Positions 1 through 18,600 of a DNA stretch of 64,000 nucleotides are shown piece after piece. The notes under the pieces were generated by a model, which did not search any database, was not told the origin of the DNA, and saw nothing but the letters and a program-made list of their open reading frames with translations. How positions within the stretch are numbered: the stretch's first letter is position 1; every line of letters starts with the position of its first letter. A program made the position numbers and the translations under genes. Source of the stretch: the human T2T-CHM13v2.0 reference genome, Homo sapiens; the NCBI RefSeq assembly GCF_009914755.1, contig NC_060932.1. One strand, 5' to 3'.

Positions 1-3000
1 AGCAAAACGCTTGTGCCACCTGCCATCCTGGGGAAAACAGCCATGCTGCTGGAGAGTGTAATCAATGGAGAGAGAGCCCGGTCACTTCTGCCATCTTGCT
101 CTCCTCCCACCTGGGAATAGAAGTGACAACTATTGAGCCATCAGAATGAAAATCTTTACTAGCCCTGCAGTGATCCAGGTACATAGAGTGACCTGCAACA
201 CTACAGTTTTAGGAAGGATATTGATTGTCTTATCTAACAGGAAAATGTGAACCCAGTTTATATTTTAGGTTAACTCTGTCTCAGGCTTTCTCACTTTGGT
301 TCTTTCACACATATTCAACAAACATCCATTGTCTGTAATGTTCCAGGCACTGTTCTAGGTCATATGAAAAATCAGAATTGAACAGACATAGCCACTTACT
401 CTCAAAGAGTTTACTATTCAGTAAAAGGAAAGAAGATAAGTGCAATATAAAGTTATAATGATACAAGACAGGTGTGTCTATTTGCATATATATTTATATA
501 AAAATGAATAAAATCTTGAGGCTATTTTTATTTAATAACGTCTCAGGATACTATAAGAGGTGAGGAGAAGGGCCAATGGATTGAGATTCACTAATGACTC
601 AAGGTATGATAATTACTATTCTCTGTTGTTTTTAAAAAAACTTTTCTTCATGTAATGATCTACGGGCATTTTTGTACTACCTGGGGATACCAAAATGACC
701 AAAACTGACAAAAACTCATGCCCTCATGAAGCTTTCATACTAGATGGGCACAAAGCAGAGGGCAAGAAAGTGTCCAAGGGATCTGGAGGGGCAGCAGAGA
801 ATCACAGCACAACCTGGCAAATCCTTATAAGAATTTGACTTTGTCCTTGAGTGAAATAGAAGTCATTGGTCTTCCTCATTATTTCCTAGTAAAGAAACAA
901 ATATCAAGACTAAAAGGGCAGAGACTGGAATTCAAAAGTGATGTGACCCTGGAAAATTATTTTGAAGAATCTCAAATGTTCAGGCCTCTAAAAATTTTGA
1001 TTGAATGTAGGGCTGACAGAAGTCATGGAGAGGGAACTTTAAGTAAAACTTCTGATAGATTTGTTGATGCCATCAGTACTTAGAATTATAATCATTTATA
1101 GAGCATTGTTGGAAAATTGTTGTGAACAATAATCTTTTAAAAAATATATTTATGCAAATTATACATATCACCAAAATACATGCATAGCTCCATATAGTTT
1201 TACAACAGATGACATTTATAGTTATTGCTCCCCATAACCTCCAAGAATAAACTATTAGACATACGCAGTCATCCATATATACTAATATTTTTCTAGGTTA
1301 AAGATGACGTATAATAATGTTTAGAGAGATACCAGGGTACCGCCTCCTGGATTAAGATGAGTCATCAATATTTTGCTGAACTGCCTTTTGAAGGCTTATA
1401 ATGAGCTTTGAAACCACTTAGGACATATCACCTGCAAGCTGGTGAGCAAGGGTTATAGGAAAGAAGGGTGTCCTCCTATGGAGAATCAAGAAATGAGAAC
1501 ATTTTGGACTTTCTGTAGTCCTCCTTCCTTCATCTTCATCTAGATGATTCTGCCTCATCCTTTAGTTTTCTGCCTGTAGTTCCTCCCTGTGGAAGCCTTT
1601 CCTGACACAGGCTCTCCCTTCAGATGATGCTTGGCCTTCATTTTACCATGCCTGCAGCACTGTGAAGTCATTGAGTGAATGGCTCTTTCCCACCAGACTG
1701 CAAAGGCTGTGGGGTGGCAGGAAGACTGGCTTCTTGCTGCATATGGTTTCCACCTGCCATTCTAGTGGTGCTACCTATCAACTTTGTGACGGGCCAGAAA
1801 ACTTCTTGTACAGGCACTTCACTGCTTTCTAGGAAAGGCAGGTCCTTGTAATTGAATGGCTGTAGTTTACTCCAGGGTAGGAGTGAACATGTAAGTCTGA
1901 GAGAGAGCCACTGGCATTCTCCTAAATGATGTTGTTTAAGGAAGGTGGCAGAGGTTGAGGAGGCCAGTGGGGGAAAGAAAGAAACCAGCAAATGTGAGCG
2001 CTACCATGGGGGTAAGAAATGGGGTCCAAGGATCTCTGCAAGGTGGGAGAAAAGGAACCTGTAGAAGAATGATTTCAAGCAGTTTGCTGAAGTGTTTCCA
2101 ATATAAATCCTTATCGCCCCTGTGAAGTCATGGGTAAATTGTAAATTGCACACCAATACTTTTGAGAGGTTCTATTGTTTATGGTGATCCTGAGAAAGGT
2201 TAAATTCTGTAACCATGTTGGTTTAGGCAAGAATGGAGACTGATATGGGGATGTGGGGACATGATGGTGACATTCCTTTGAGAGGCAGATGGAAAAGTAG
2301 AGGTATGAGAGGACAGAAAGAGGGGGAAAGAGAGAGAGAGAATTTTGGAGGTGCTTGGGGGCAGAAAGAAACACCAAAACTTCCCTTTTCTTCCTTCTCT
2401 GATGCCTAGAACGGAAAAAAAGATTCATCCAGGCAGAGGAAAATGACTTGTTTCTTGGTAAGCAAGATAATTGCTATGACTTTGGATGTGTTGGCTGAGC
2501 AATCACCAATGTGTGATCACCTGTTAAAGGATTAGGAGGATGACCCTGCAAGGTGCTGGTAACCTTGCCCTACTTAGTTTCACACAGACCCCTGTTTCCC
2601 ACATCAGAAGGCTCACACCTAGTAGACTCACACAAGTTTTGGAGTCAGCCAAGCCAGTCCCAATCTTGGAACTGCCGTGTTTGTGGCTAAGCTACCACTG
2701 GCCAGTCACTTAACATGTGTGCCTTGGTTTCCTCCCATATAACATGGTGGTGACAAGACAACCCCACAAGACCGCTAAGAAAACTGAAGATTATACTATT
2801 TATTTGATATGTGAGGCCAAAGCAGTGTTCAGCACATGCAATTTTCCCTCCCACTCCAGAACAAGTTGTGTTTTGAACTTTTCTCTCTTCTACTGTCACA
2901 AGCAGTCATAAATAATGCTAATTCTGATTCTGTCCCACTTTTCTTCTAGGTCTCAAGTTTCATATCTATAAAGCGAGATGATCCATCAAAATCAGTCAGA

Positions 3001-3349
3001 CTCCACTCTTCTTTGATAAGTCTACCATTTTTTGAGGGCTAGCTTAAGAATATTATTTTACAGAAGAAATTGAGACAAAGAGAAGGTAGAAAATTCATAA
3101 AGGTCACATAGATGGTAAGTGGAAAAACTGGGATTGAACTCAGAAAGCCTGTTGCAGAATCCAGTTACCAAATAAGTGTATATTACTTCTCGCTGATGGG
3201 AATAAAGCCAGCATACTACTGAATAACTAGGATAAATAATTCAGTTGCCAAATATAGGCAGTAGCTGTATAACTTAAAAAAATTAATCAGAGGTAAGCAG
3301 GGTATAGCCAAGTCTCTTTTGTTCCATTACCTAAAATGGAAAAGCATCT

Positions 3350-3516
3350 TTTTCTACACTACTCCAGTGTGGGTCGTGAAGCACAGTATCAGTAGCACCT
3401 GGAAGCTTGTAGGAAGCACAGAATCCTAGTCCTAACCAGAACTACAAGATTGAAGATATCATTTGAATAAGATTTCAGGATGCTTTCTGTGAACCTTAAA
3501 GTCTGAGAAATATTGC
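3350..3516. mobile_element. MER5A-like hAT-Charlie MITE, degraded
   Basis: Motifs 'cagtatcagtagcacctggaagcttgtaggaagcacagaatc' and '...aaagtctgagaaatattgct' resemble the MER5A consensus. Boundaries are approximate. Confidence 0.6.
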
Positions 3517-3829
3517 TTTTGCTTCTCTGAACATACATGTCCTCATCTTTTAAATGAGGACCTTGGACTTGAGATTGCTTGACTCCATTCTGGGGCTTGT
3601 ATGTGGTCTACACTCTTGGTTGGTAGTCATACTCTCCATGCCTGATAAATTCACTCCCTCTTCCATCTGCATCAATCGTTAAAATACTTCTTTTGAAGAA
3701 CTAGAAAAATGAAGCTATTCTCTATGGAATAATAGAAAACAATCGCAAATCCTTTGTATTTTGCTAAATTGAAAAATTCAGGAAAACTCTTTACCTGGCT
3801 TACTATCTGCATGATTTTAAAAAATAATA

Positions 3830-8373
<4,544 letters not shown>

Positions 8374-8616
8374 CAGAAATTGATCAATTCATTTTTTATA
8401 CTTTTATTGGGAGTGCTTTTTATCGGAAGTACTTTTGTAGTTATAGATGCTTCTGTCAAGGTCAATGTGGCTTTATTTAGGACAATTTAGCAGGTACTTC
8501 CTTCCTTCAACACAGGATACAAATGGCCTTTTTACTTTCACATTTCTCATAATACCCAAGAAGGGTACTTTCATTTTCTATTCTTTAGATGTTATTTTGT
8601 CACTTTTCCTTGATCT

Positions 8617-9121
8617 TATTGACTAAAGTAAGAAGCCAAGCTTTTAAAGAAATAAAGTTAGTTTTTTTCGGAAGTCTTACTGTGGTCTATAGCTTAGGAG
8701 TTATTTCAGACTGCTCCAAAGCAGTGTTTGAGTTCATAGCTCATGTACAAGTGGAGGAGGGAGGGGGATGGGGGTTCCGTACATGCTAAATCACATCAAA
8801 CTTCCTCAGAAGTTACATTAAAGCAGAATCACATCAAGGTTTGGGTGTAAGAGTACATCTGGTTATAAATTACTGAGGCATAATCACCAGCCCCATCTGA
8901 CGTTATCTTACGTGCAGGACAAGGCAAGAACCAGGTCATTTATCTTTTAAGGAGTATAGTGACTCAGGCAAGAGACGTGGTGGGGCCTATGTGCTCTCTC
9001 CTGTTTTGTCTTTGAAGCATCTTTCTGGAGAGCTGCATGTCATTGCAGAGTGAGGGACTTAGTGAAGTTGTGTTGGCAAGCAGAAATGAGCAAACAGCTT
9101 TTGTTGTTACTTTGTCTCACA
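8617..9121 (-). mobile_element. ERV1-class solo LTR (MER67-like)
   Basis: Minus strand begins tgtgagacaaagtaac...tgtttgctcatttctgcttgcc, similar to the MER67-group consensus as recalled. About 500 bp. Confidence 0.55.
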
Positions 9122-12029
9122 ATCTGTACATTGGATTCTAAATGGACATTTTTTTTAAAAAGAACTGAAAACTTCACATGTGGCTTTTATTTAAATAAAA
9201 TGAAGTGAGCTAAGAAATTTTCTTCACCATTTCTCTAGCTTTCTGTGGCAAATTGGAAGATCTTTTATTGTAACTGCTAAGAGTGAACTTCTGCAAAACT
9301 ATCAGACCGGTATAGTTGACTGGAGAGTGACCCATGTCAGACAGGGCTGGGTCCACATATTGTGATAAATAGAGATAGATGGATAGATAGATAGACATAA
9401 ATGGTTGTGTTTACTGCAGATATCTCTACAAGTCATGACTGTACCCAGTGCCATCAGATTTTCAGATCCTGAGACACAGGAAGGTGCACCTGTGCATAGT
9501 CACAAAATTTTTGTTGACCAACAGTAGAGATGGATTTCTGAAAGCAGAGTCTGACCTCGTTTTATCTTCTTTTTGCAGAAAAAAATACAATTATACAATT
9601 GGGCACATTCATTCTTTGTACATTTCAGTGTGCATGTGTGCATGCATGTGTGTGCTTGAGTGATTGTTGTCACTGTTTAATTTGACATATCCTGTAATTA
9701 TAAGTAAACACGTAAAGAGAAGAATGAAAATTCTTTCATCCAATGTTCAAGAGCTGGTGGTTATAGCATTTTCATAACAACATTCTTTAGAATTTTCAGT
9801 TTTACAGCCTCATCACCCTGACGTTGCCCGTGAATAGGAAGCATATTAATAATCAATGACTTCAGATTAGTGCTCTTCACCCCTAGCAACCCTATCTCAA
9901 ATAAGTGATCCACAGAGCCCATTTATCTTTTCCCTCTTATTTCCAGCTAGTGAGAGGACAAGAGTGTCTCTATAAAGTTGCTTGCAAATCAGCTGTAGGC
10001 ACTTGTGCTGCTGGGAAAATGGCCAGTTTAACTCTGAAGGCTCGAAATTCCTTCTCTAATGTGGGCTGATTTATTCTTAGATCGTCTTCTCTCATCCCCA
10101 CTTAGAAAATATTTTTAATGATATTGGAAATGGTCTTATGATTTTGATTATTTTGCCCTAAGTCACATAATTTAAGTTCCTAATTTTCTAACTCCTCATT
10201 CCTTTCACATATGTCTTGTTATATAATGAAAAAAAAATTACAGGATTTAAAAGGACTTCAAGACTACCCAATACTTGAACTTATAGATACACTCAAAACT
10301 TCCATACAAATTGACAAAAAGTGGGTACACAGTTTAGGCCTTAATATCTCTAGGATGACACATCAATTAACTTCCTGTGAAGGCTAGCTATTCCACCGTC
10401 AAATGGAGAAAATAATGCAGTTGCTTTTCTCCCATGACTGAATAGCAAACGTAATATAGATGGTCTTCAGATCTTACCTAAATACTTTGCAAACTATCAA
10501 TGTCTTCTATTATTTCAGAAGATAGAATTATGCAACACATTACATTATTAATAATTGAAATTGGCATATTTCTAGAAAGGTTGGAGAGGTCAGATATAAC
10601 ATTATTTATTTTGCAAATACCATGTAGAAATTCAAAAGTAGATTCATGGTCTCCCAGAGCTCCTAGCCTGGAACCTACTCTTCGGGGGTCCCAATAAATT
10701 GTTCTAGTCACTGGATTGTCCTGTCTTTCTGGGACAGCTTTGTATACTGATTGTAAATATGATAAACTCCTTCCCAAAGTCATTTTTTTCCCACTGTGCA
10801 GTCAAGCATGTTGTTTGTGCCTGGCAGAAGGAGCACAACGTGAGCAGAGCTTTGGGAGGTAGAGCCACGGGAAGCTCTGCACTTCCTCCTCAACAACACT
10901 TGATTTGGAATCTGGAGACTTCATTCCTGGTGGGGGTAACAGCAACCTTTCCCCCATAATTAATTTCTGTAAGCAGCAGTTCATTAGCGAGAAGAATGAC
11001 AGCCTTGAGACATTGATGCTGGCTTGTGTGTGACTCCAAATCTCTATCACCTTATTTAAAGGTGGAGTCAGCCATTAATGGTAATAATAATTCAAACATC
11101 TTTTAATGCCAACAGCAACACAACCACCTTAAAATAATTCTGGCTGTGAGAAAACTAGCAATTTAAAGGCAGCTCATGTTCTCTCTAAGTTTTTCATGGC
11201 TGCTACTGGGAATACTTGATAATTTATGAAGGCTTATACCATCAAATTAATTACATTTTCTGGATGCCATGTCTTTTTTTTTTTAATAACAGCGCGCTCT
11301 GAATTATAAGTAAAAATGCTGTAGCTATTCATTCCTCCTGTTTATAAAAAATAATAGTTGAACCATCTTAGAAATGCCATTATTTCAGGCATAGTCAGTT
11401 AAAGATGTGTCAGCAATTTTTTATTCTTCATCCTATGTATTTTTGCTCAAAAATTAGAAAATAGTGTATTAGCTGGGAAGCATGTTTTTCAACAAAGTGT
11501 GAAAAAGATGTTAGCATTTTGTAACAAATTTAAGAGAGAAAAAGAGCTAGTTTATGGAGTACTTGAATTTCCAGTTTAAGAGAATGTGAGTAGGATTAGG
11601 GTTGAACAGCCCAGGAAAGTCAAATGTGCTCGTCCGTAGACAGAACCTGAAGAAAATGATAGTGAACTACGGTGATGCCACTACAGATAAGAATCCAAAT
11701 AATGGAAAATAAAGCCTGTAGGCCATCTCTTCTGTTAACAGCTGCTCTTTCTTACTAGATATAGACTTGTTTTACCATTAAACAAGTAGACAGAGGCCTA
11801 GTGAAAATATCCCAGACTGATTAACTTTTCATTATATTTTAAATTTGGTTTAGGATAGGAATCACAAGTCCTGATTATGTGCTGACTTAATAAAATTAGA
11901 TTCAACTTTTTCTATAGTAAAGTGAATATAATAGACTTTTTTATTTATTCAACACATATGTATGGAGCCTTATTGACTAATGCAGTAGGTTGGTACAGTA
12001 CAGAATAGTAATTAGTAAAAGGAATTTTG

Positions 12030-12460
12030 AAGTGAAACAAATCAGGATTTGGGGTACAAAATCCTGCTCTGCCTCTTATGAGCTGTGTGACCTTGAGCCA
12101 ATTACTGAACACACCAAGCATTAGTAGCATGATCTAAGGCAGGGTTGGCAAATTTTGACCTGTGAACCAAATCCATCCCACTGCCTGGAATGCAGCCATG
12201 CCCACTCATTTGCATATCATCTGGCTGCTTTTATAGTCTAAGAGTAGAGTAGGATGGTCTTAACACACAATCTGTGGTACACAAAGCCTAAAATATTTGC
12301 TGTCTGACCCCTCACAGAAAAATTTTCCTGGCCCCGATATAATAAGCTTAAATAATGATAGTACCTACCTGACAGGTGGTTGTGACAATTAAATGGGACA
12401 ATGTGTACATACTGTTTAGGACATTGTCTGGAACATGGTGCATTCTCATTAACTGTTAGG
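12030..12460. mobile_element. MIR split by a MER58A MITE (about 12138-12336)
   Basis: MIR core 'agctgtgtgaccttgagccaattact' lies on the left and 'ataatgatagtacctacct...gttgtgacaattaaatg' on the right. Between them is MER58-like 'cagggttggcaaa...aaagcctaaaatattt'. Confidence 0.65.
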
Positions 12461-12896
12461 CATCATTAGAAGTATTTTGCCAGGTATTAGGCTTGGTGCT
12501 GGAGGCACCATGACAAATAAAACATGGCTCCATCCATCCTCAGGGAAATTAAACCACCAATACAGTATTGTAGGGTCATAGAGATGCACAAAATGCTCAG
12601 TGGGGACATTTAAGACCCATATAAAATACCTACTTTTCCCCTATATTTTAGGGCCTATAATATATAAAACGATGTTTATTGCTCTTCTTTGCAAGCATGT
12701 AAAACATCTTATAGATGACTTTTTGGTAATTAATCTTGTGGGTTTGTTTTCTCTAACTTATATAATTCACAGATACCGTGATTACAAATGCAGGCATGGA
12801 GAAGCTAAATAGAGAATTTGAACAGGACTGTTGATTCACTTTTCTGGATATACAATCACTTATAGAAAGTAAAATTTTCCATGTGTTTAACTTAGT

Positions 12897-13405
12897 GTGA
12901 TACAAGACCTAAAATTAAAGCTCAATATTGTTTGCTGCCTGGACATCTGATTAAACAGGGAGGGCTTCAACCAGTCTAACTGCAAGTTCCCTCACCACTC
13001 TCCTGCCGTGAATAAAGTCCCTTATCCAAACAACCATCCTTACCAAACAGACCAGGTGGACTTCCTACTTATCCCTGAATAGCAGGTTTCAGTTTCCTGC
13101 TGGCCCATGGAATTATTCAAACAAGCCAATCACACTCTCCCAGGGAGCCTGGGCACACCCTGTTGTCTTGATACTACAAAGCCTGCCTCCCACAGCCACT
13201 GGTTGTTCACTATATTCCCAATTGCAACATCCATGGGCTCTGTGTGACACATGATATCCTTCTCCCCTAGGTTATAAGTATATGTGACTAACTGTTGTTG
13301 CCCTTACCTGTCCAGTTTCAGGCATTCATGTGTTTGGCCATCATCATAAACCTAGGGTGAGAGTCTCTTCTTCACCAATGTGATGAAGAGGAGGTGATTA
13401 AAACT
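12897..13405 (+). mobile_element. MER54-like ERVL solo LTR
   Basis: 'cctaaaattaaagctcaatatt...gctgcctggacatctg' and 'gaattattcaaacaagccaatcac' match MER54 as recalled. Confidence 0.65.
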
Positions 13406-13844
13406 CTTGGCTCAGTGAGCACCATGACATACTGGAAACTCCTGGAGCCGAGCACAATTTAACACTCATAAGGAGCCTTGGCACTTTTAAAAAGAAGGAA
13501 AGAGCAGGACCAGAAGTCACTTAATCATGATAAAGGTGGAGCATGAGAAGCGCTGCTGCTTCACACTTTGTCTAAAACAGCATAAAAATATTAGGTGAGA
13601 GGAATTCATGTAGAGCAGGTGCTCAGCTGGTCCCCACAGAACAATCACAGTGTTTGAACTGCTTGCCTGTTGCAACAACATATTTTTTTTGAAGAGGATA
13701 TACAATGACTGCTATCCTGGACTGATTAGACAGTTAATGTCTTTATTAACAAGTATGTTAAACCAAAGTAGGGTGAAGTGCTAAAATAATAAAAGAAAGA
13801 AATCTTATTTATAATCCTTATCCTGAACCTCTAAAATAATATTT

Positions 13845-15616
13845 TTTATTAGAGTTTTTTTAGTAGATTTAGTTGTGCAAGCATCACCCCAATCCAATTT
13901 TAGAACTTTTCATAAACCCCTAAATTTCCCTTGTGCCCATTTGCAATTTATCCACACTTTCATTTCTAGCCCTGGGTACTGATATGATTTCTGTCTCTAC
14001 ACATTTTTCTTATCTAGACATTTTATGTAAATGGAAGAATATAATATCTAGTTTTTTGTGTATCTGAATTATTTCATGTAAAATAATGCTTTCAAGGCTT
14101 AAGTGTAGAAGCATGGGTCGTTCATTCCTTTATGTTGCTGAATAGTATTCCATTTGTATGCATTTTATTTATCCATTAACTAATTAGATATTTGTACTTT
14201 TTTCCGTTTGGGGCTACTAGGAATAATGCCATTATGAACATTCATAATGTTTTTGTGTGGACCTAAGTCTTCACTTTTCTTGGGTAGAGTCCTAGGAGCA
14301 GAATTGCTTGGTTGGTTGTATGATTGCTTTATGTTTAACTTTTAATGATACCACCAAATGTCTTCCAACCGGCTGTACAATTTTAAAGTACCCATCTCCA
14401 ATACAGTAGTCCCCCACCTTACCTGCAGGGGATGCATTCCAGGACCCTGAGTCAGTGCCTGAAATTGTAGATAGTACTGAATCCTATATATACTATGCTT
14501 TTCCCTATTTACACATACTTGTGTTAAAGTTTAATATATAGATTAGGCAAGTAAGAGATTAACAGCAATAACAAATACCAAAATAGAACCATTATAACAA
14601 TATATTGTAATAAAAGTTATGTGAATGTGGTCCCTCTCTCAAAATTTCTTATTTATTGTACTCACCCTTCTTGTGTTGATGTGAGATGATAAGATGTCTA
14701 TGTGATGAGATGAAGTGAGATGAATGACATAGGCATTGTAACATAGCATTACTCTACCATTGACCTTTTGAACACTGGACAGAAAGAGGATCACTGAGCC
14801 ACGACCAAGCAACAAACATGGCTATGTTAGACAGGGGGATAATTCATGTCCCAGGTAGGAGAAGGAAGGTGCAAGATTTCATCACACTACTCAGAGTGGT
14901 ACACAATTTAAAACTTATAAATTGTTTATTTCTATAATTTTTCCATTTAATATTTTCAGTCCTTGGCTGTCCATGGGTAACTTAAATCTGGAAAAAAGTG
15001 AAATTGACAATTTGTGGGGGTAATATTGTATTTGCCATTGACTTGTCTTTTTCATTATAACCATTCTAAAGGGTGTATAGTTAAATGTCTATTCACATAT
15101 TCTGCCTATTTTTAATTGAGATGTTTGCCTTATTTATCGAGTTCTAAGGGTTCCTTAAATATTCTGTGTATAAGACTTATATCAGCTATTAGATCTGTGA
15201 ATATTTTCTCTCATACTGTGGCTTCTCTTTTTATTTTAATTGTGTTGCTAAAAATACAAATGTCTATCATTTAGACAAGCTCCCATTTATCAATTTTTCT
15301 TTTATGGGTTGTGTTTTCGATGCTATTTCTAAAACTCTCTGCTTATTCCAAGATTAAAAAATTCCTCCTCTGATTTATTTATTAATATTCAGCTCTTACA
15401 TTTAAGTCATAAATTTTGAGTTAATTTTTGCTATAGTTTGAGGTAACGTTCTTTTTTTTTGGCACGTAGACATCCAATTGTTTCATCACCATTTGTTGAA
15501 GATATTCTTTCCCCTTTGAAATTGCATTAGCATTTTGTTGAAAACAAATTGACTGTAAATATAAGAGTTCATGGACTCGATTCTGTTTCATTTATCTATG
15601 TGCAATACCACATGTC
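13845..15616 (-). mobile_element. Old L1M 3' region, interrupted by a Tigger-type MITE
   Basis: Typical L1M 3' antisense text such as 'ttgctgaatagtattccatt', 'gggtagagtcctaggagcagaattgct' and 'caccatttgttgaa'. Confidence 0.75.
14404..15028 (+). mobile_element. TcMar-Tigger non-autonomous element (MER82-like)
   Basis: TA-flanked, with terminal inverted repeats cagtagtccccc...gggggtaatattg. About 625 bp. Confidence 0.75.
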
Positions 15617-18600
15617 TTTTTTTTTATTATACTTGAAGTTCTAGGGTACATGTGCACAACATGCAAGTTTGTTACATAGGTATACATGTGCCATGTTGGT
15701 TTGCTGCACCCATTAACTCATCACTTACATTAGGTATTTCTCCTAATGCTATCCCACCCCCTGCCTCCCACCCTATGACAGGCCCCAGGGTGTGATGTTC
15801 CCCTCCTTGTGTCCATGTGTTCTCATTGTTCAATTCCAACCTATGAGTGAGAACATGTGGTGTTTGGTTTTCTGTCCTTGTGATAGTTTGTTCAGAATGA
15901 TGGTTTCCAGCTGCATCCATGTGCCTACAAAGGACATGAACTCATTGTTTTTTATGGCTGCATAGTATTCCATGGTGTATATGTGCCACATTTTCATAAT
16001 CCAGTCTATCATTGTTGGACATTTGGGTTGGTTCCAAGTCTTTGCTATTGTGAATAGTGCTGCAATAAACATACATGTGCATGTATTTTTATAGTGGCAT
16101 GATTTATAATCCTTTGAGTACATACCCATTAATGGGATCGCTGGGTCAAATGGTATTTCTAGTTCTAGATCCTTGAGGAATCGCCACACTGTCTTCCACA
16201 ATGGGTGAACTAGTTTAGAGTCCCACAAACAGTGTAAAAGCATTCCTATTTCTCCACATCCTTTCCAGCATCTGTTGTTTCCTGACTTTTTAATGATTGC
16301 CATTCTAACTGGTGTGAGATGGTATCTCATTGTGGTTTTGATTTGCATTTCTCTGATGACCAGTGATGAGCATTTTTTCATGTGTCTGTTGGCTGCATAA
16401 ATGTCTTCTTTTGAGAAGCGTCTGTTCATATCCTTCACTCACTTTTTGATAGCATTGTTTTTTTTCTTGTAAATTTGTTTAAGTTCTTTGTAGATTCTGG
16501 ATATTAGCCCTTTGTCAGATGGGTAGATTGCAAAAATTTTCTCCCATTCTGTAGGTTGCCTGTTCGCTCTGATGGTAGTTTCTTTTGCTGTGCAGAAGCT
16601 CTTTAGTTTAACTGGATCCCATTTGTCTATTTTGGTTTTTGTTGCCATTGCTTTTGGTATTTAGTCATGAAGTCCTTGCCGTGCTTATGCCCTGAATGGT
16701 ATTGCCTAGGTTTTCTTCTAGGGTTTTTATGGTTTTAGGTCTAACATTTAAGTCTTTAATCCATCTTGAATTAATTTTTGTATAAGTTGTAAGGAACGGA
16801 TCCAGTTTCAGCTTTCTACATATGGCTAGCCAGTTTTCCAGCACCATTTATTAAATAGGGAATCCTTTCCCCATTTCTTGTTTTTGTCAGGTTTGTCAAA
16901 GATCAGATGGTTGTAGATGTGTGGTGTTATATATGAGTCCTCTGTTCTGTTCCATTGGTCTATATCCTTGTTTTGGTACCAGTACCATGCTGTTTTGGTT
17001 ACTGTAGCCTTGTAGCATACTTTGAAGTCAGGTAGCGTGATGCCTCCAGCTTTGTTCTTTTTGCTTAGGCTTGTCTTGGCAATGCAGGCTCTTTTTCAGT
17101 TCCATATGAAATTTAAAGTAGTTTTTTCCAAGTCTTTGAAGAAAGTCATTGGTAACTTGATGGGGATGGCATTGAATCTATAAATTACCTTGGGCAGTAT
17201 GGCCATTTTCAGGATATTAATTCTTCCTATCTGTGAGCATGGAATATTCTTCCATTTGTTTGTGGCCTCTTTTATTTCATTAAGCAGTGGTTTGTAGTTC
17301 TCCTTGAAGAGGTCCTTCAAATCCTGTGTAAGTTGGATTCCTAGGTATTTTACTCTCTTTGGAGCAATTGTGAATGGGAGTTCACTCATGATTTGGCTCT
17401 CTGACTCTTATTGGCATATAGGAATGCTTGTGATTTTTGCACATTGATTTTGTATCCTGAAACTTTGCTGAAGTTGCTTATCAGCTTAAGGAGATTTTGG
17501 GCTGAGATGATGGGGTTTTCTAAATATACAATCATGTCATCTGCAAACAGGGACAATTTGACTTCCTCTTTTCCTAATTGAATACCCTTTATTTTTTTCT
17601 CTTGCCTGATTGCCCTGGCCAGAATTTCCAACACTATGTTGAATAGCAGTGGTGAGAGAGGGCATCCCTGTCTTGTGCCAGTTTTCAAAGAGAATGCTTC
17701 CAGTTTTTGCCCATTCAGTATGAGATTGGCTGTAGGTTTGTCATAAATAGCTCTTATTATTTTGAGATACATTCCATCAATACCTAGTTTATTGAGAATT
17801 TTTAGCATGAAGCAGTGTTGAATTTCGATGAAGGCGTTTTCTGCATCTATTGAGATAATCATGTGTTTTTTGTCATTGGTTCTGTTTATGTGATGTATTA
17901 TGTTTATTGATTTGCATATGTTGAGCCAGCCTTGCATCCCAGGAATGAAGCCAACTTGATCGTGGTGGATAAGCTTTTTGATGTGCTGCTGGATTCAGTT
18001 TGCCAGTATTTTATTAAGGATATTCACATTGATGTTCATCAGGGATATTTGTCTAAAATTCTCTTTTTTTGTTGTGTCTTTGCCAGGCTTTGGTATCAGG
18101 ATGAGGCTGGCCTCATAAAATGAGTTAAGGAGGATTCCCTCTTTTTCCATTGATTGGAATAGTTTCAGACGGAATGTTACCAGCTCCTCTTTGTACCTCT
18201 GATAGAATTCGGCTGTGAATCCATCTGGTCCTGGACTTTTTTTGGTTTGTAGGCTATTAATTATCGCCTCAATTTCAGAGCCTGTTATTGGTCTATTCAG
18301 AGATTCAACTTCTTCCTGGTTTAGTCTTGGGAGGGTGTATGTGTCCAGGAATTTATCCATTTCTTCTAGATTTTTGAGTTTATTTGCGTAGAGGTGTTTA
18401 TAGTATTCTTTGATGTTGGTTTGTATTTCTGTGGGATTGGTGGTGATATCCCCTTTATCATTTTTTATTGCATTTATTTGATTCTTCCTTCTTTTCTTCT
18501 TTATTAGTCTTGCTAGCAGTCTATCAGTTTTGTTGATCTTTTCAAAAAACCAACTCCCAGAGTCATTGATTTTTTGAAGGGATTTTTGTGTCTCTGTCTC

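Noticed and set aside
10478-10783. 101-aa minus-strand ORF ending beside a gtaag donor
   Set aside because: The stop precedes the donor in frame, there is no recognisable homology and no phase link to the other candidates. It cannot be excluded as a remote exon.
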